Shown here: positions 53,422 through 63,378 of the stretch, piece by piece | Layout: each line of letters starts with the position of its first letter | How positions within the stretch are numbered: position 1 is the stretch's first letter | Assembly (NCBI GenBank): GCA_963789955.1 | Contig: CAWBMV010000036.1 | Span: forward strand, 96,001 to 160,000 | Direction: 5' to 3' | DNA: 64,000 nt | Source of the DNA: an uncultured Candidatus Rokubacteria bacterium | Lineage (GTDB): Bacteria > Methylomirabilota > Methylomirabilia > Rokubacteriales > CSP1-6 | The notes under the pieces: generated by a model | The model's input: the letters and a program-made list of their open reading frames with translations, nothing else | Databases searched by the model: none | Told to the model about the DNA's origin: nothing | Position numbers and translations under genes: made by a program

Positions 53422-55050
53422 CTAGCCCAGTCGCTCGCGCGCGGCCTCGCGCAGCCGCGATTTCTGGACTTTGCCACTCGACGTCATCGGGAGCTCGTCG
53501 ACGACGAATGCGTGGCGCGGGATCTTGAAGCTCGCGATCCGTCCCCGACAGAACGCGAGCAGATCGTCCGGGACGACGGTGGCCCCCGGAGCAGGCTGCA
53601 CGAAGACGACCCCCACTTCGCCGAGCCGAGCGTCGGGGTAGCTGACGACGGCCGCCTGCCGGACACCCGGGTAGGTGCCGAGATAGCTCTCGACCTCGGT
53701 CGGATCGACGTTCTCGCCGCCGACCTTGATCATGTCCTTGTAGCGGCCGACGAAGCGGAGATGGCCGTCGGCGCGCAGGATGCCGGCGTCGCCGGTGTGG
53801 AACCAGCCGTCGGCATCGATGGCGCGCGCGGTCGCTTCGGGATCCCGGTAGTAGCCCTGCATGAGGTATCGCGTCCGGACCACGATCTCACCCGGCGTGC
53901 CGCGCGGCTGCTCGTGGCCCGTGTCGGGATCGATCACGCGCACCTCGAAGCCCTCGCACGGAAGTCCGGACGCTTCGCACGCCTGCTCGTCCGTCGAATC
54001 GAGGAGCGACATCGAGATCGTCGCGCCGACTTCCGTCATGCCGTAGGCGGTCAGGTGTCGCAGCGGCGCCAGGGCCTTGCGCGCGCGATAGAGGATCGGC
54101 GTCGCGCTCGCCGCGCCGGCCGCCATGATACCGGTGCGCAACGTCGACAGGTTGCGCGGCCGCGCGTCCTGGGCGTCGATGAGGAGCTTGAGTTGCGTGT
54201 CGAAGCCGTCGATATGAGTCGCGCCTTCGCGCTCGACGAGATCGAGCGCCTCGTCGGCGTCGAACGTCTCCGTGAGAATCTGCCGGTAGCCGACCAGCAG
54301 CGAGCCGAGCGGCCCGTCGACGTAGCCGAAGATGTGAAAGAGCGGAAGGTAGTTGACGAAGACGTCCCGCTCGGAGGACTGCAGGCGCCGGTAGCGGTCG
54401 GCCATGTGAGCGAGCAGTGTATGGTCGCGCATCACGCCTTTGGGGAACCCCGTCGTTCCCGACGTGTACATGATGAACGCCGTGTCGCTGGGACGCACTG
54501 CCGCCGCCCGCGCGGCCAGACGGGCCGGGTCGACCGCGGCGGCCGACGCCAGGAGCTCGGGCCAGCCCCAGGCTCCCGGATACTGCCGATCGCTCAGGAC
54601 GACCACCCGCTCCAGATCGGGCAGTCGTGCGCTCCGCACGCGCCGGCTCTCACCGCCGCCCTCGAACGACGCGAGCTCGCGAACCATTCCGAGGTAATCG
54701 ACGGGCCCGGAGACATCGTGGGTCATGAGGGCCGCCGCGTTCGATCGCTCGAGGACCTGCGCCAGATCGACGGTCCGGAATCGCGTATTGATCGGCACGT
54801 GGACGGCGCCGATCTTGGCCAGGGCGAACATCGCGAAGATCCACTCGGGGCAGTTGAGGAGCCAGAGCGCGACCTTCTCGCCCGGCCCGACGCCGATGTG
54901 GATCAGCCCGCGCGCGAGGCGGTCGACCTCGGCGGCGATCTGACGGAACGAGAAGCGACGATCGCGGAAGACGAGGGCCTCGCGGTCGCCCCACCGCGCG
55001 GCCGCCGTGTCCGTCAGGTCGCCGAAGCGGGTGACCGAGCGTGCGTCCAT
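53422..55050 (-). CDS. AMP-binding acyl-CoA synthetase
   Basis: YTSGTTGFPKG, YGMTE, FHTGD, GGENV, SGKVQK. Confidence 0.92.
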   Translation of the reverse strand: MDARSVTRFGDLTDTAAARWGDREALVFRDRRFSFRQIAAEVDRLARGLIHIGVGPGEKVALWLLNCPEWIFAMFALAKIGAVHVPINTRFRTVDLAQVLERSNAAALMTHDVSGPVDYLGMVRELASFEGGGESRRVRSARLPDLERVVVLSDRQYPGAWGWPELLASAAAVDPARLAARAAAVRPSDTAFIMYTSGTTGFPKGVMRDHTLLAHMADRYRRLQSSERDVFVNYLPLFHIFGYVDGPLGSLLVGYRQILTETFDADEALDLVEREGATHIDGFDTQLKLLIDAQDARPRNLSTLRTGIMAAGAASATPILYRARKALAPLRHLTAYGMTEVGATISMSLLDSTDEQACEASGLPCEGFEVRVIDPDTGHEQPRGTPGEIVVRTRYLMQGYYRDPEATARAIDADGWFHTGDAGILRADGHLRFVGRYKDMIKVGGENVDPTEVESYLGTYPGVRQAAVVSYPDARLGEVGVVFVQPAPGATVVPDDLLAFCRGRIASFKIPRHAFVVDELPMTSSGKVQKSRLREAARERLG

Positions 55051-55061
55051 CGTGCTGCCGG

Positions 55062-55697
55062 CTACGGGATGCCGAGGAGCTTGTGCGTCTGCAAGCTCAG
55101 GCGCCATCGCGGATGCTCCAGACAGTATTGGACGGCGAGCTGCGTGTTGCGCAGACGATCGGGGCCGTCCATCGGCTGCAGGAAGAAGTGGGTGAAGGGC
55201 AGACCCTGCAGCGATTCCGGGTCGATGCCGGCTTGTGGGTAGATCAGCTTCAGCTCGTTCCCCTGTCTGAGCACCAGCTCCGCCCCGGCCTTCGGACTCA
55301 CGCAGACCCAGTCGATCCCGTCGAGCCCGGGTTGCGTCCCATTCGTCTCGATGGCGATCGTGAAGCCTTCCGCGTGCAGCGATTTGATGAGCGGCGCGTC
55401 GAGCTGCAGCAGCGGCTCGCCGCTGGTACAGACGACGAAGCGCGACGCGGCTTCGCTCGACGGCCAGGCCGCCGCGACGGCCTTCGCGAGTGCCTCGGGC
55501 GAGGCGAAACGACCGCCTCCCGGGCCGTCGACCCCCACGAAATCGGTATCGCAGAAGCGGCAGGCGGCGGTGGCCCGATCCGGCTCGTGCCCGGACCAGA
55601 TGTTGCAGGCTGCGAATCGACAGAACACGGCCGGACGACCGGTGTTGGCGCCCTCGCCCTGGAGCGTGTAGAAGATCTCCTTCACCGCGTAGCTCAT
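55062..55697 (-). CDS. queE: 7-carboxy-7-deazaguanine synthase, CX14CX2C radical SAM type
   Basis: [45 protein letters not shown]. Confidence 0.95.
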   Translation of the reverse strand: MSYAVKEIFYTLQGEGANTGRPAVFCRFAACNIWSGHEPDRATAACRFCDTDFVGVDGPGGGRFASPEALAKAVAAAWPSSEAASRFVVCTSGEPLLQLDAPLIKSLHAEGFTIAIETNGTQPGLDGIDWVCVSPKAGAELVLRQGNELKLIYPQAGIDPESLQGLPFTHFFLQPMDGPDRLRNTQLAVQYCLEHPRWRLSLQTHKLLGIP

Positions 55698-56401
55698 GGG
55701 GATGCCGGCGTCGTCGGCCGATACGCGATCGGATCGCGGGTCCCGCTCTCGCGAAAGCCCTTGAGGCGCAGCAGGCAGGCGTCGCAGGCGCCGCATGCGG
55801 CGCCGTCGCTCGCGGGGTCGTAGCAGGACGTCGTCAGCGAGTAGTCGACACCGAGGGCGAGACCGGCGCGGACGATGTCGGCCTTCGTCATGCTGATGAG
55901 CGGCGTGTGAATGGTCAAGCGCTTGCCCTCGACGCCGGCCTTCGTCGCGAGGTTCGCCATGTGCTCGTACGCCGCGATGTACTCGGCTCGACAGTCCGGA
56001 TAGCCGCTGGCGTCGAGCACGTTCACGCCGATGAACAGATCGCGCGCGTCGAGCACTTCGGCCCAGGCGAGCGCGAACGACAGAAAGATGGTGTTGCGCG
56101 CGGGCACGTAGGTGACGGGAATCCCGTGGCCGATCTCCGCGAGCGAGCGCGCCTTCGGGACGTCGATCTCGCTCGTGAGCGCCGAGCCGCCGAAGCGCCG
56201 CAGGTCGACCGGCACCACGATGTGCCGCGTGACGCCGAGGTGTTTCGCGACGTCCGCGGCCTTCTCGATCTCGATGCGGTGACGCTGGCCGTAGTCGAAG
56301 GTCAGCGCATAGAGCGTGAAGCCCTGCGAGCGCGCGATGGCGGCGGAGGTGCTGGAATCGAGGCCTCCGCTCAGAAGGACCACCGCCCGTCGCTCCACCA
56401 T
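55694..56401 (-). CDS. queC: 7-cyano-7-deazaguanine synthase
   Basis: LSGGLDS, YGQRH, TYVPARN, GYPDCR, SCY..CGACDAC. Confidence 0.96.
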   Translation of the reverse strand: MVERRAVVLLSGGLDSSTSAAIARSQGFTLYALTFDYGQRHRIEIEKAADVAKHLGVTRHIVVPVDLRRFGGSALTSEIDVPKARSLAEIGHGIPVTYVPARNTIFLSFALAWAEVLDARDLFIGVNVLDASGYPDCRAEYIAAYEHMANLATKAGVEGKRLTIHTPLISMTKADIVRAGLALGVDYSLTTSCYDPASDGAACGACDACLLRLKGFRESGTRDPIAYRPTTPASP

Positions 56402-56413
56402 GGGCTCCTCGAT

Positions 56414-57553
56414 TCAGCTCCGCGTCGGCAGCTCGACGACCCCGCTGCCGAGCACCGACAGCTCGCCGTCCTGATTGCGCGCTTCCTGCTCGATCTCGAC
56501 CAGGTGCCGGCCGTTCTCGATGCGCTTCGTCTTGACCGTGCCGTCGATCCGCAGGGTGTCGCCTTCGGGGTTGTGGCGGCGGATCTTGCAGTACGCGCCG
56601 CGGAGGAACCCGTCGTCGCCCATCCAGTTGGTCAGATGATGTGTGAGCCACGAGCACCGCTCGGGGCCGTAATCGTAAGCCCCCGGCGCGCCGACCATGG
56701 TCGCGAACTCCTGCTCCCAGTGGACGCGCTCCGGGCAGTCGGGAATGCCGAAGCGGTTCTTGATGCCCAGACCCGAATGACGATGCACCTGCTTCCAGGC
56801 GAGCTTGTTCGCCCGGATGTAGAGGCCGCCCCAGCCCTGCGCATAGGCGATGAAGCCCGTCACGGTCATCGGCCCCTTCGCCATCGTCGGCAGCCGCTCG
56901 CCCTCGCGCACGTCGTCCCAGTACCGCGGGGTGCCGCCGCGGATCTGCTCGTTCGCGTAGAGCCGGTAGACGTCGGCGAGCTCCTCGTCGGTGTAGCGCT
57001 TGGGAGGCTTCGCCTTCACCGCGGTGTACTTGGTCCCGGCTTCGCGCGCCTGGTCACGATCGGTGCGAAAGCACCAGCTGTCGGCGGCGGCGACGAGGTC
57101 CCCGCGCTGGTTGTAGAAGTCGACGTGATAGACCTGCTGGATCGAGCGGCCCGCGAACGTCGTCTGGTGCTCGATCAGCTCCTTGAGCCATGCCTCGGTC
57201 GTGATCGCGTCGTTGCGCCGCACCGGGTGGTGCCACGTCCAGTCCGCCCCGGCCCACATCGCGTGCACGCCCGGCAGCCCGCCGACATAGCCCGAGATGA
57301 TCCGGCTCGTGGCAAAGAGAAAGCTCGGCGGCGCGACCACGCCACCCCAGCGTGTGCCGGCGGCGTACTCGGGATCGCACCAGAGCGGGTTGTCGTCGCC
57401 GATGCCGTGCGCGTAGTGGCGCAGGTTGTCGCGCGTGGCCTCGTGGCACCACGGCTCGAGCGTGTCCGTGATCTTGACGCCGATCCGGCGGCGCAGGTCA
57501 TCGAGGCCCTGCTCGGTGATCTTCGGAAAAAGCGTCGTCGTCTCACGGGGCAT
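56414..57553 (-). CDS. Double hot-dog (MaoC-like) acyl dehydratase
   Basis: YAHGIGDDNPLW, APPSF, HAMWAG, YWDDV, TNWMGDDG. Confidence 0.82.
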   Translation of the reverse strand: MPRETTTLFPKITEQGLDDLRRRIGVKITDTLEPWCHEATRDNLRHYAHGIGDDNPLWCDPEYAAGTRWGGVVAPPSFLFATSRIISGYVGGLPGVHAMWAGADWTWHHPVRRNDAITTEAWLKELIEHQTTFAGRSIQQVYHVDFYNQRGDLVAAADSWCFRTDRDQAREAGTKYTAVKAKPPKRYTDEELADVYRLYANEQIRGGTPRYWDDVREGERLPTMAKGPMTVTGFIAYAQGWGGLYIRANKLAWKQVHRHSGLGIKNRFGIPDCPERVHWEQEFATMVGAPGAYDYGPERCSWLTHHLTNWMGDDGFLRGAYCKIRRHNPEGDTLRIDGTVKTKRIENGRHLVEIEQEARNQDGELSVLGSGVVELPTRS

Positions 57554-59110
57554 GCGTGGGCTCCACGGCGCTCGCCTCGGATTCGCGAAGCGCCTTGCGG
57601 TTGACCTTGCCGGCGGGCGTCTTGGGCAGCGCCGCCACGAACGCGACGCGCCGCGGGTATTCGTGCTGGCTGAGCCGCGTGCGCGTGAAATCCTGCAGCT
57701 CGCGGGCGAACGCGTCGTCGCCGCCGCGCGCGCTCACGATGAACGCCTTGACCACCTGGCCGCGCAGCGCGTCGGCGACGCCGATCACCGCCGCCTCGCG
57801 CACGTCCGGATGCCGGAGCAGCACGTCCTCGATCTCGATCGCGCTCATGGTCCAGCCGGCCGAGATGATGACATCGTCGGCGCGCCCGGCGTGATAGAAG
57901 TAGCCATCGCCGTCCACGTGGCCTCGATCCTTCGTCGGAAACCAGGCATCGCGTCGCCACACCTTGATCTCGCCGATCTGGTCCGGCGGGCAGGGACGTC
58001 CGTCGGCGTCCTGCACCTCGACGCGGACGCCGGGGACGGGCTTTCCGAGTGCGCCGGGCTTGACGGCGTAATCGGCGGCGCCCGGATAGTCGGCCAGGAT
58101 CACACCGACCTCGGTCGTCCCGTACATGCTGCACACGCGCGTGCCGAACGTCGCCTCGACGAACGCGCGTGCTGGCGCTGTCCATCGGCTCGCCGGTGAA
58201 CGACAGCTTGCGGATGCCGTAGCGATACGCGCCGGCCTGTCCGGAGCTCTTCAGCATGCGATAGTGCGTCGCCGCGGCCGCCACGTTGGTCACGTCGTAC
58301 TCCTGCAGCGCGCGGAGCATCCGGACCGGATCGAACTTGCCGGCCATCGTCCCGGTGGTGACGCCGAGCGCCAGCGGCGCGAGCGTGCCGTGCCAGAGGC
58401 CGTGCCCCCACGCGGGCGAGGACGGGCAGAAGAAGCGATCGCCCGGCCGGATGCCCGTGCCGTAGAGTGCTGCGACCATGAGCGCGACGATCGCGCGCTG
58501 GGGATGGCGCACCGCAGCCGGCAGCTCCCGCGTCGTGCCCGACGTGTACTGAAAGACCGCGAGGTCGTCGGCGGCGCTCCGCACCTCGTAGTGGGCCGGG
58601 AGCGCCGCCAGCGTGGACAGCGAACGCGTCGTCGGCCACCACGACCTCGAGCCCGGCGATGGCGCGCGCGGTGTCGGCCTTCTCGGCGTTGGTCAGCAGG
58701 AGCCGCGGCGTGCAGTCTTCGACCCGCAGCCGGACACCGTCGGGCCCGAACAGGGTGAACAGCGGCACCGCGATGGCGCCGCGCTTGATGGCGCCGAACA
58801 GGGCGGCGTAGAAGGCCAGCGACGGCTCGAGCATGATCGCCACGCGGTCGCCGGGGGCGACGCCGCGCGCCGCGAGCCAGTGGGCGAAGCGCGCGGACCA
58901 CTCGGACAGATCACGAAACCCGAGCGTCTCGTCGCGCCCGTCGGCATGGGCGACGCGGACCGCGACGCGACCGGAGCCGGCGTGCCGGTCCAGGCACTCG
59001 ACGGCGATGTTCAGCGACTCGCGGCCGCCGTCGAAGAGCGACCACAGCGCCGCGGATTGGAAGTGCCGGTGGGCGTCGGCGTAGGCCGTGTAGTCCGTCA
59101 GTCGCATCAT
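57543..59110 (-). CDS. Acyl-CoA synthetase (AMP-binding), frameshifted
   Basis: LNIAVECLDRH, YTSGTT, YGTTE, GRADDVI, LPKTPAGK. Confidence 0.88.
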
Positions 59111-59142
59111 GGCTCCCGGGTCCCATTGTATAAGGACAGCGC

Positions 59143-60378
59143 ATGACCTCGGGTCGCGGCGGACTCTTGCTGGGCGGCGCCTTCGTGACCTTCGCCATCA
59201 GCGCCGCGCTGATGCATTCCTACGCCGTCTTCCTGGTCGCGTTCCTCGAGGAGTTCGGCTGGAGCCGCGCCGAGACGTCGCTGGCCTTCTCGGTCTCCGC
59301 GTTCGTGAGCGGTGCGAGCGCGCCCTTCGTCGGCGCGCTCGTCGACCGCCTCGGGCCTCGCCGGCTCGTGCTGCTCGGCGGGGGCGTGCTGGCGCTCGGG
59401 CTCCTGGGCAGCGCCTACGTCGTCGCGCTCTGGCAGCTGGTCGTGCTCTACGGCATCCTCATGACGCTCGGAGCCAACTGCCTTGGGCTCGTCGTGTTCG
59501 TGCCCATCCTCTCGCGCCGCTTCGTGAGCAATCGGGGCATGGCGATCTCGATCGTCCAGTCGGCGAACGGCTTCGCGCGCGCCGTGTCGGCGCCGCTCGC
59601 GCAGATCCTGATCTCGACGATCGGCTGGCGGCACGCGTATCTCGCGCAAGCGGCGCTGATGGGTGTGCTCGTCTGGCCACTCGCCGCCCTGTTCCGGCGT
59701 GATGAGCCGCCGGCGCCCGTCGCGCCGCCGAGCCCGTCGTTCCGGGGCGAGGGCGTCGGCGCGGGTCCTCCGGCGCGCCGCGACTGGACCCTGGCCGAAG
59801 CGATCGCCACGTCACACTTCTGGCTCCTGTTCACGGTGTACCTCTGCACGGGCCTCGGGAGCTTCTTCGTCTCGCTGCACCAGCTCGCGTTCGCGGTCGA
59901 TGCCGGGTTCGACAAGCTCTACGCCGCCAGCGTGCTCGGCCTGGGCGCCTTGTTGTCCGTCGGCGGCACGATCGTCACGGGGACGCTCTCGGATTACATC
60001 GGCCGTGAGGTCTCCGCCGTCCTCGCCTACGCGGTCTCGATCGTCGGCGTGATCTGCGCGCTCTTCATCACGGGCCCTGGCGACGCCTGGCTGCTCTGGA
60101 TCCACGCGTGCTTCTTTGGCCTCACCTGGGGCGCGCGCGGCCCGGCGATCACCGCCAAGACCGCCGATCTGTTCCCGGGGCGAAACCTGGGCACCATCCT
60201 GGGTGTCATCACGGTCGGCACCGGCATCGGCTCGGCCGTCGGCGCGTGGGGCGCCGGCTGGATCTTCGACGTCTCCGGCAGCTATCGGCTCGCGTTCCTG
60301 GCATCGATCGCGTCCTACCTGGTGGGCTGCGTGGCGTTCTGGGGGCTGCGCCGGCCGCCGACGCGGCAGGTGGTATAA
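59143..60378 (+). CDS. MFS transporter
   Basis: GALVDRLGPRR, GTLSDYIGRE. Confidence 0.9.
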   Translation: MTSGRGGLLLGGAFVTFAISAALMHSYAVFLVAFLEEFGWSRAETSLAFSVSAFVSGASAPFVGALVDRLGPRRLVLLGGGVLALGLLGSAYVVALWQLVVLYGILMTLGANCLGLVVFVPILSRRFVSNRGMAISIVQSANGFARAVSAPLAQILISTIGWRHAYLAQAALMGVLVWPLAALFRRDEPPAPVAPPSPSFRGEGVGAGPPARRDWTLAEAIATSHFWLLFTVYLCTGLGSFFVSLHQLAFAVDAGFDKLYAASVLGLGALLSVGGTIVTGTLSDYIGREVSAVLAYAVSIVGVICALFITGPGDAWLLWIHACFFGLTWGARGPAITAKTADLFPGRNLGTILGVITVGTGIGSAVGAWGAGWIFDVSGSYRLAFLASIASYLVGCVAFWGLRRPPTRQVV

Positions 60379-60387
60379 CAGTCGGCG

Positions 60388-61512
60388 ATGGACTTCCACG
60401 CGTTCATGTACGTCACGATCGGGCGGCGCCGCGAGCTCGAGCGGGGTATGGCCGGCAAGGATCCCGTGCTCTACCAGCGCATGCTGGACGAGATCGGGGA
60501 GTATGCGCGCACGTGCGATTCGACCGGCTGGTCGGGCATCGGTATCCCCGAGCATCACCTGCAGATCGAGGGGTTCGAGCTCGGTCAAGATCCGGGCCTC
60601 ATGGCGATGTTCCTCGGCACGCACGGCCCGCGCCTGCGCATCAACCAGTTCGGCTACGTGCTGCCCACGCACAATCCGCTGCGCGTGGCCGAGCACGCGG
60701 CCACGCTCGACCATCTGCTCGGCGGCCGGCTCAACGTCGCGTTCGTGCGCGGCTATCAAGCGCGATGGTTCGAGAACTACGCCGCCGTGCCCGGCGCCAA
60801 GGCCACGGGGCCGTGGAACCGCAAGAGCGACGAGGACGCGCGCAACCGCGAGCTCTTCGAGGAGTGCGTGGCCATCATCAAGACCGCGTGGGCCAACGAC
60901 ACGTTCGCCTTCAAGGGCAAGTACTGGTCGTACCCACCGGAAGGCCAGCGCCAGCCGCATCCGCATCCGGTCTACCTGAAGTACGGCCGCGGCGTCGACG
61001 CCGACGGTACGATCCGCGAGGTCGGCATCGCGCCGCGCCCGTTGCAGAATCCGATTCCCGTCTACTCGGGCTTCACGCATAGCCTGCAAACCTCGCTCTA
61101 CTGGGCGCGGGAAGGCGGCAAGCCCATCGTGATGGCCAGCGAGATGGACTTCTGCGAGATGCTCTGGAGCCGCTATCGTGAAGAAGCCGAGCGTCACGGC
61201 CGCGACGTGCCGCGCGGCGAAGAAGCGGCGTGGGGCGGCTATCTCGTGCTCGCCGACACGAAGAGCGAGGCGGAGGCGTGGGCCGAGGACTGTCTCTGGA
61301 TGTGGGACTCGTGGTCCGTGCCCTTCGGCCAGGACCGGCCGCCGCTCCTGATCGGCGACGCCGACACCGTCACGCGCATGATCGAGAACGCGGCGCGCCA
61401 CGTGCCGTTCAACGAGATGTTCCTGCTGTTCGGCCAGGGCATTCTCGAACGCGACCGCTGCGTGAAGACGCTCGAGCTGTTTGCCGAGAAGGTCATTCCC
61501 CGGTTCCGCTAG
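60388..61512 (+). CDS. LLM class flavin-dependent oxidoreductase
   Basis: PEHH, NPLRVAE, LDHLLGGRL, RPLQNPIP, LFAEKVIP. Confidence 0.9.
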   Translation: MDFHAFMYVTIGRRRELERGMAGKDPVLYQRMLDEIGEYARTCDSTGWSGIGIPEHHLQIEGFELGQDPGLMAMFLGTHGPRLRINQFGYVLPTHNPLRVAEHAATLDHLLGGRLNVAFVRGYQARWFENYAAVPGAKATGPWNRKSDEDARNRELFEECVAIIKTAWANDTFAFKGKYWSYPPEGQRQPHPHPVYLKYGRGVDADGTIREVGIAPRPLQNPIPVYSGFTHSLQTSLYWAREGGKPIVMASEMDFCEMLWSRYREEAERHGRDVPRGEEAAWGGYLVLADTKSEAEAWAEDCLWMWDSWSVPFGQDRPPLLIGDADTVTRMIENAARHVPFNEMFLLFGQGILERDRCVKTLELFAEKVIPRFR

Positions 61513-61539
61513 TGCGCTCGAGCCTACGCCGGTGATGTC

Positions 61540-61980
61540 TTGCGCGCCCTGCTGCTGACGCTGCACGTTCTCGGAGCGTGCGTGTGGACGGGCGGGCATC
61601 TGGTGCTCGCGGTCGCCGTGCTTCCGCGCGCGCTGGCTCGACGCGATTCCCGCATCCTGCGCGGATTCGAGGAGCCCTTCGAGCGGATCGGAATTCCTGC
61701 GCTCGTCGTTCAGGTGCTGACCGGGCTCTGGCTCGCCGGTCAGTTCGTCCCGATAACCCGCTGGCTCGCGTTCGGCAGCGCGCTCGAAGTGCGTGTGGGC
61801 ACGAAGCTGCTCTTGCTCGGACTCACCGTGGCGCTCGCGCTCCACGCTCGGCTGCGCGTGATCCCCCGTCTCGACGAGTCCGGCCTGGGGCTGCTCGCGA
61901 CGCACATCGTGATCGTGACGGTTCTGGCGGTCGCCCTCGTCGTCGTCGGCGTCAGCTTTCAGACGGGCCGGCTCTTTTAG
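61540..61980 (+). CDS. CopD-like membrane protein
   Basis: LHVLGACVWTGG, QVLTG, ALHAR; 4 TM. Confidence 0.7.
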   Translation: MRALLLTLHVLGACVWTGGHLVLAVAVLPRALARRDSRILRGFEEPFERIGIPALVVQVLTGLWLAGQFVPITRWLAFGSALEVRVGTKLLLLGLTVALALHARLRVIPRLDESGLGLLATHIVIVTVLAVALVVVGVSFQTGRLF

Positions 61981-62011
61981 CGACGCGCGCCGGCGAACCC
62001 GCGGTCCCTCG

Positions 62012-62350
62012 CTATGCCCTGATCATCACGAGGATCATCTTGAATGGCGTGATTGCCTTGACCGCGTGTGGCTGACCGGCGGGCAGCCTGAGAAGTTGGC
62101 CCGCTGAAACGTCGTGGGCGAGGCCCGCGATGGAAATTTCCGCCTTTCCGTCGACTCCAAGGACCAGCGCGTCATACGGCGCGGTATGCTCGCTGAGCGC
62201 TTCGCCCGCGTCGAATGCGAACGCGGTCACGGTGCCGGCGGACTTCTTGACGAGCGTACGGCTGACGACCGAGCCCGGCTGATACTCGACGAGCCCGAGC
62301 TGCGCGATCACTCCTTGGAGCTCGCCCGCATGTTTTGGATCGGCGGTCAC
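62012..62350 (-). CDS. Cupin domain protein
   Basis: YQPGSVVSR, FAFDAGEALSEHTAPYDA, PHAVKA, FKMIL. Confidence 0.85.
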   Translation of the reverse strand: MTADPKHAGELQGVIAQLGLVEYQPGSVVSRTLVKKSAGTVTAFAFDAGEALSEHTAPYDALVLGVDGKAEISIAGLAHDVSAGQLLRLPAGQPHAVKAITPFKMILVMIRA

Positions 62351-62415
62351 GAAGCTCTCTCCTGGTACATCGCGTCCTCCTGGCTTGTCCCAGAATAGTC
62401 CCGGCGTTCCGGTGC

Positions 62416-63300
62416 TCAGCGCGAGAAAAAGTCTCGGAGATTCGCGTAGGTCTCGTCGGGCGCCTGCTCGGCTGGATAGTGGCCGCAGGGCAGCGCGATG
62501 CAGCCGGCGAGATTGGTGACGTAGGTCGACCAGCCCTTCTCGTATCCGTAGAACTTGGCCGTGTGGCTCTGGCCGCCGACGATCACCAGCACGGGGCAGG
62601 CGATCTTGTTCCCCGCGTCGAGGTCTTTCTTGTCCATCTCGAAGTCGATCGTGGCGCCGGCGCGGTAGTCCTCGCAGACGCCGTGGATGTTCTCGGGCGT
62701 GCAGCAGCGCACGTATTCTCGGATGGCGTCTTCGGTGAAGCCGCCCTTGCCCAGCCCCTGGGAGCCGAGCTTGAGGCGGATGTAGTACTCCTCCTTGCCG
62801 GCCAGGAGACGCTCGGGGAAATCGTACGGCTGCGCCATGAACGACCAGTGATAACTGTTGAGCGCCCATTCGCGCGTGACGTGCGTCCACACGTGATGGG
62901 TCGGCAGGATGTCGATCGCGCAGAGCTTCTGCACCGCCGCCGGATGGTCGAGCGTCATGCGATAGGCGGTGCGCGCGCCCCGATCGTGGCCGGCCACCAT
63001 GAATCGCTCGAAGCGGAGCTCGCGCATGACGTCGACCTGGTCCTGCGCCATGCGTCTGAACGAGTAGTTGCTGTGGTCGGGTAACCCGCGGGGCTTGCCG
63101 CTGTCACCGTAGCCGCGCAGGTCGGTGGCGACCACGGTGAAGTCCTTGGCCAGGCGCGGAGCGACGAAGCGCCAGTGGTAGTACGTGAGCGGATTGCCGT
63201 GCAGGAGCAGCACCGGCGGGCCCGATCCGCCCACCACCCCACGGATCGTCACTTGTGGATCGCTGGTCTGGATGTCGAAGCGGCGGAAGCCCTCGTACAT
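62416..63300 (-). CDS. Alpha/beta hydrolase, haloacetate/fluoroacetate dehalogenase-like
   Basis: LLHG, DLRGYGDS, GHDRGAR (Asp nucleophile plus Arg), YHWSF, CEDYRA, CGHY. Confidence 0.85.
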   Translation of the reverse strand: MYEGFRRFDIQTSDPQVTIRGVVGGSGPPVLLLHGNPLTYYHWRFVAPRLAKDFTVVATDLRGYGDSGKPRGLPDHSNYSFRRMAQDQVDVMRELRFERFMVAGHDRGARTAYRMTLDHPAAVQKLCAIDILPTHHVWTHVTREWALNSYHWSFMAQPYDFPERLLAGKEEYYIRLKLGSQGLGKGGFTEDAIREYVRCCTPENIHGVCEDYRAGATIDFEMDKKDLDAGNKIACPVLVIVGGQSHTAKFYGYEKGWSTYVTNLAGCIALPCGHYPAEQAPDETYANLRDFFSR

Positions 63301-63378
63301 CGCGCCCTCCTGGCTTGTGCGAGAGTTTATCCTGCTCCCGGGTAGGGCAACAGACGGAGCACCGACAGGAGGGCACGA

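Noticed and set aside
56401..56414. preQ1 riboswitch upstream of queC
   Set aside because: Only 12 bp separate queC from the upstream gene; no room or motif
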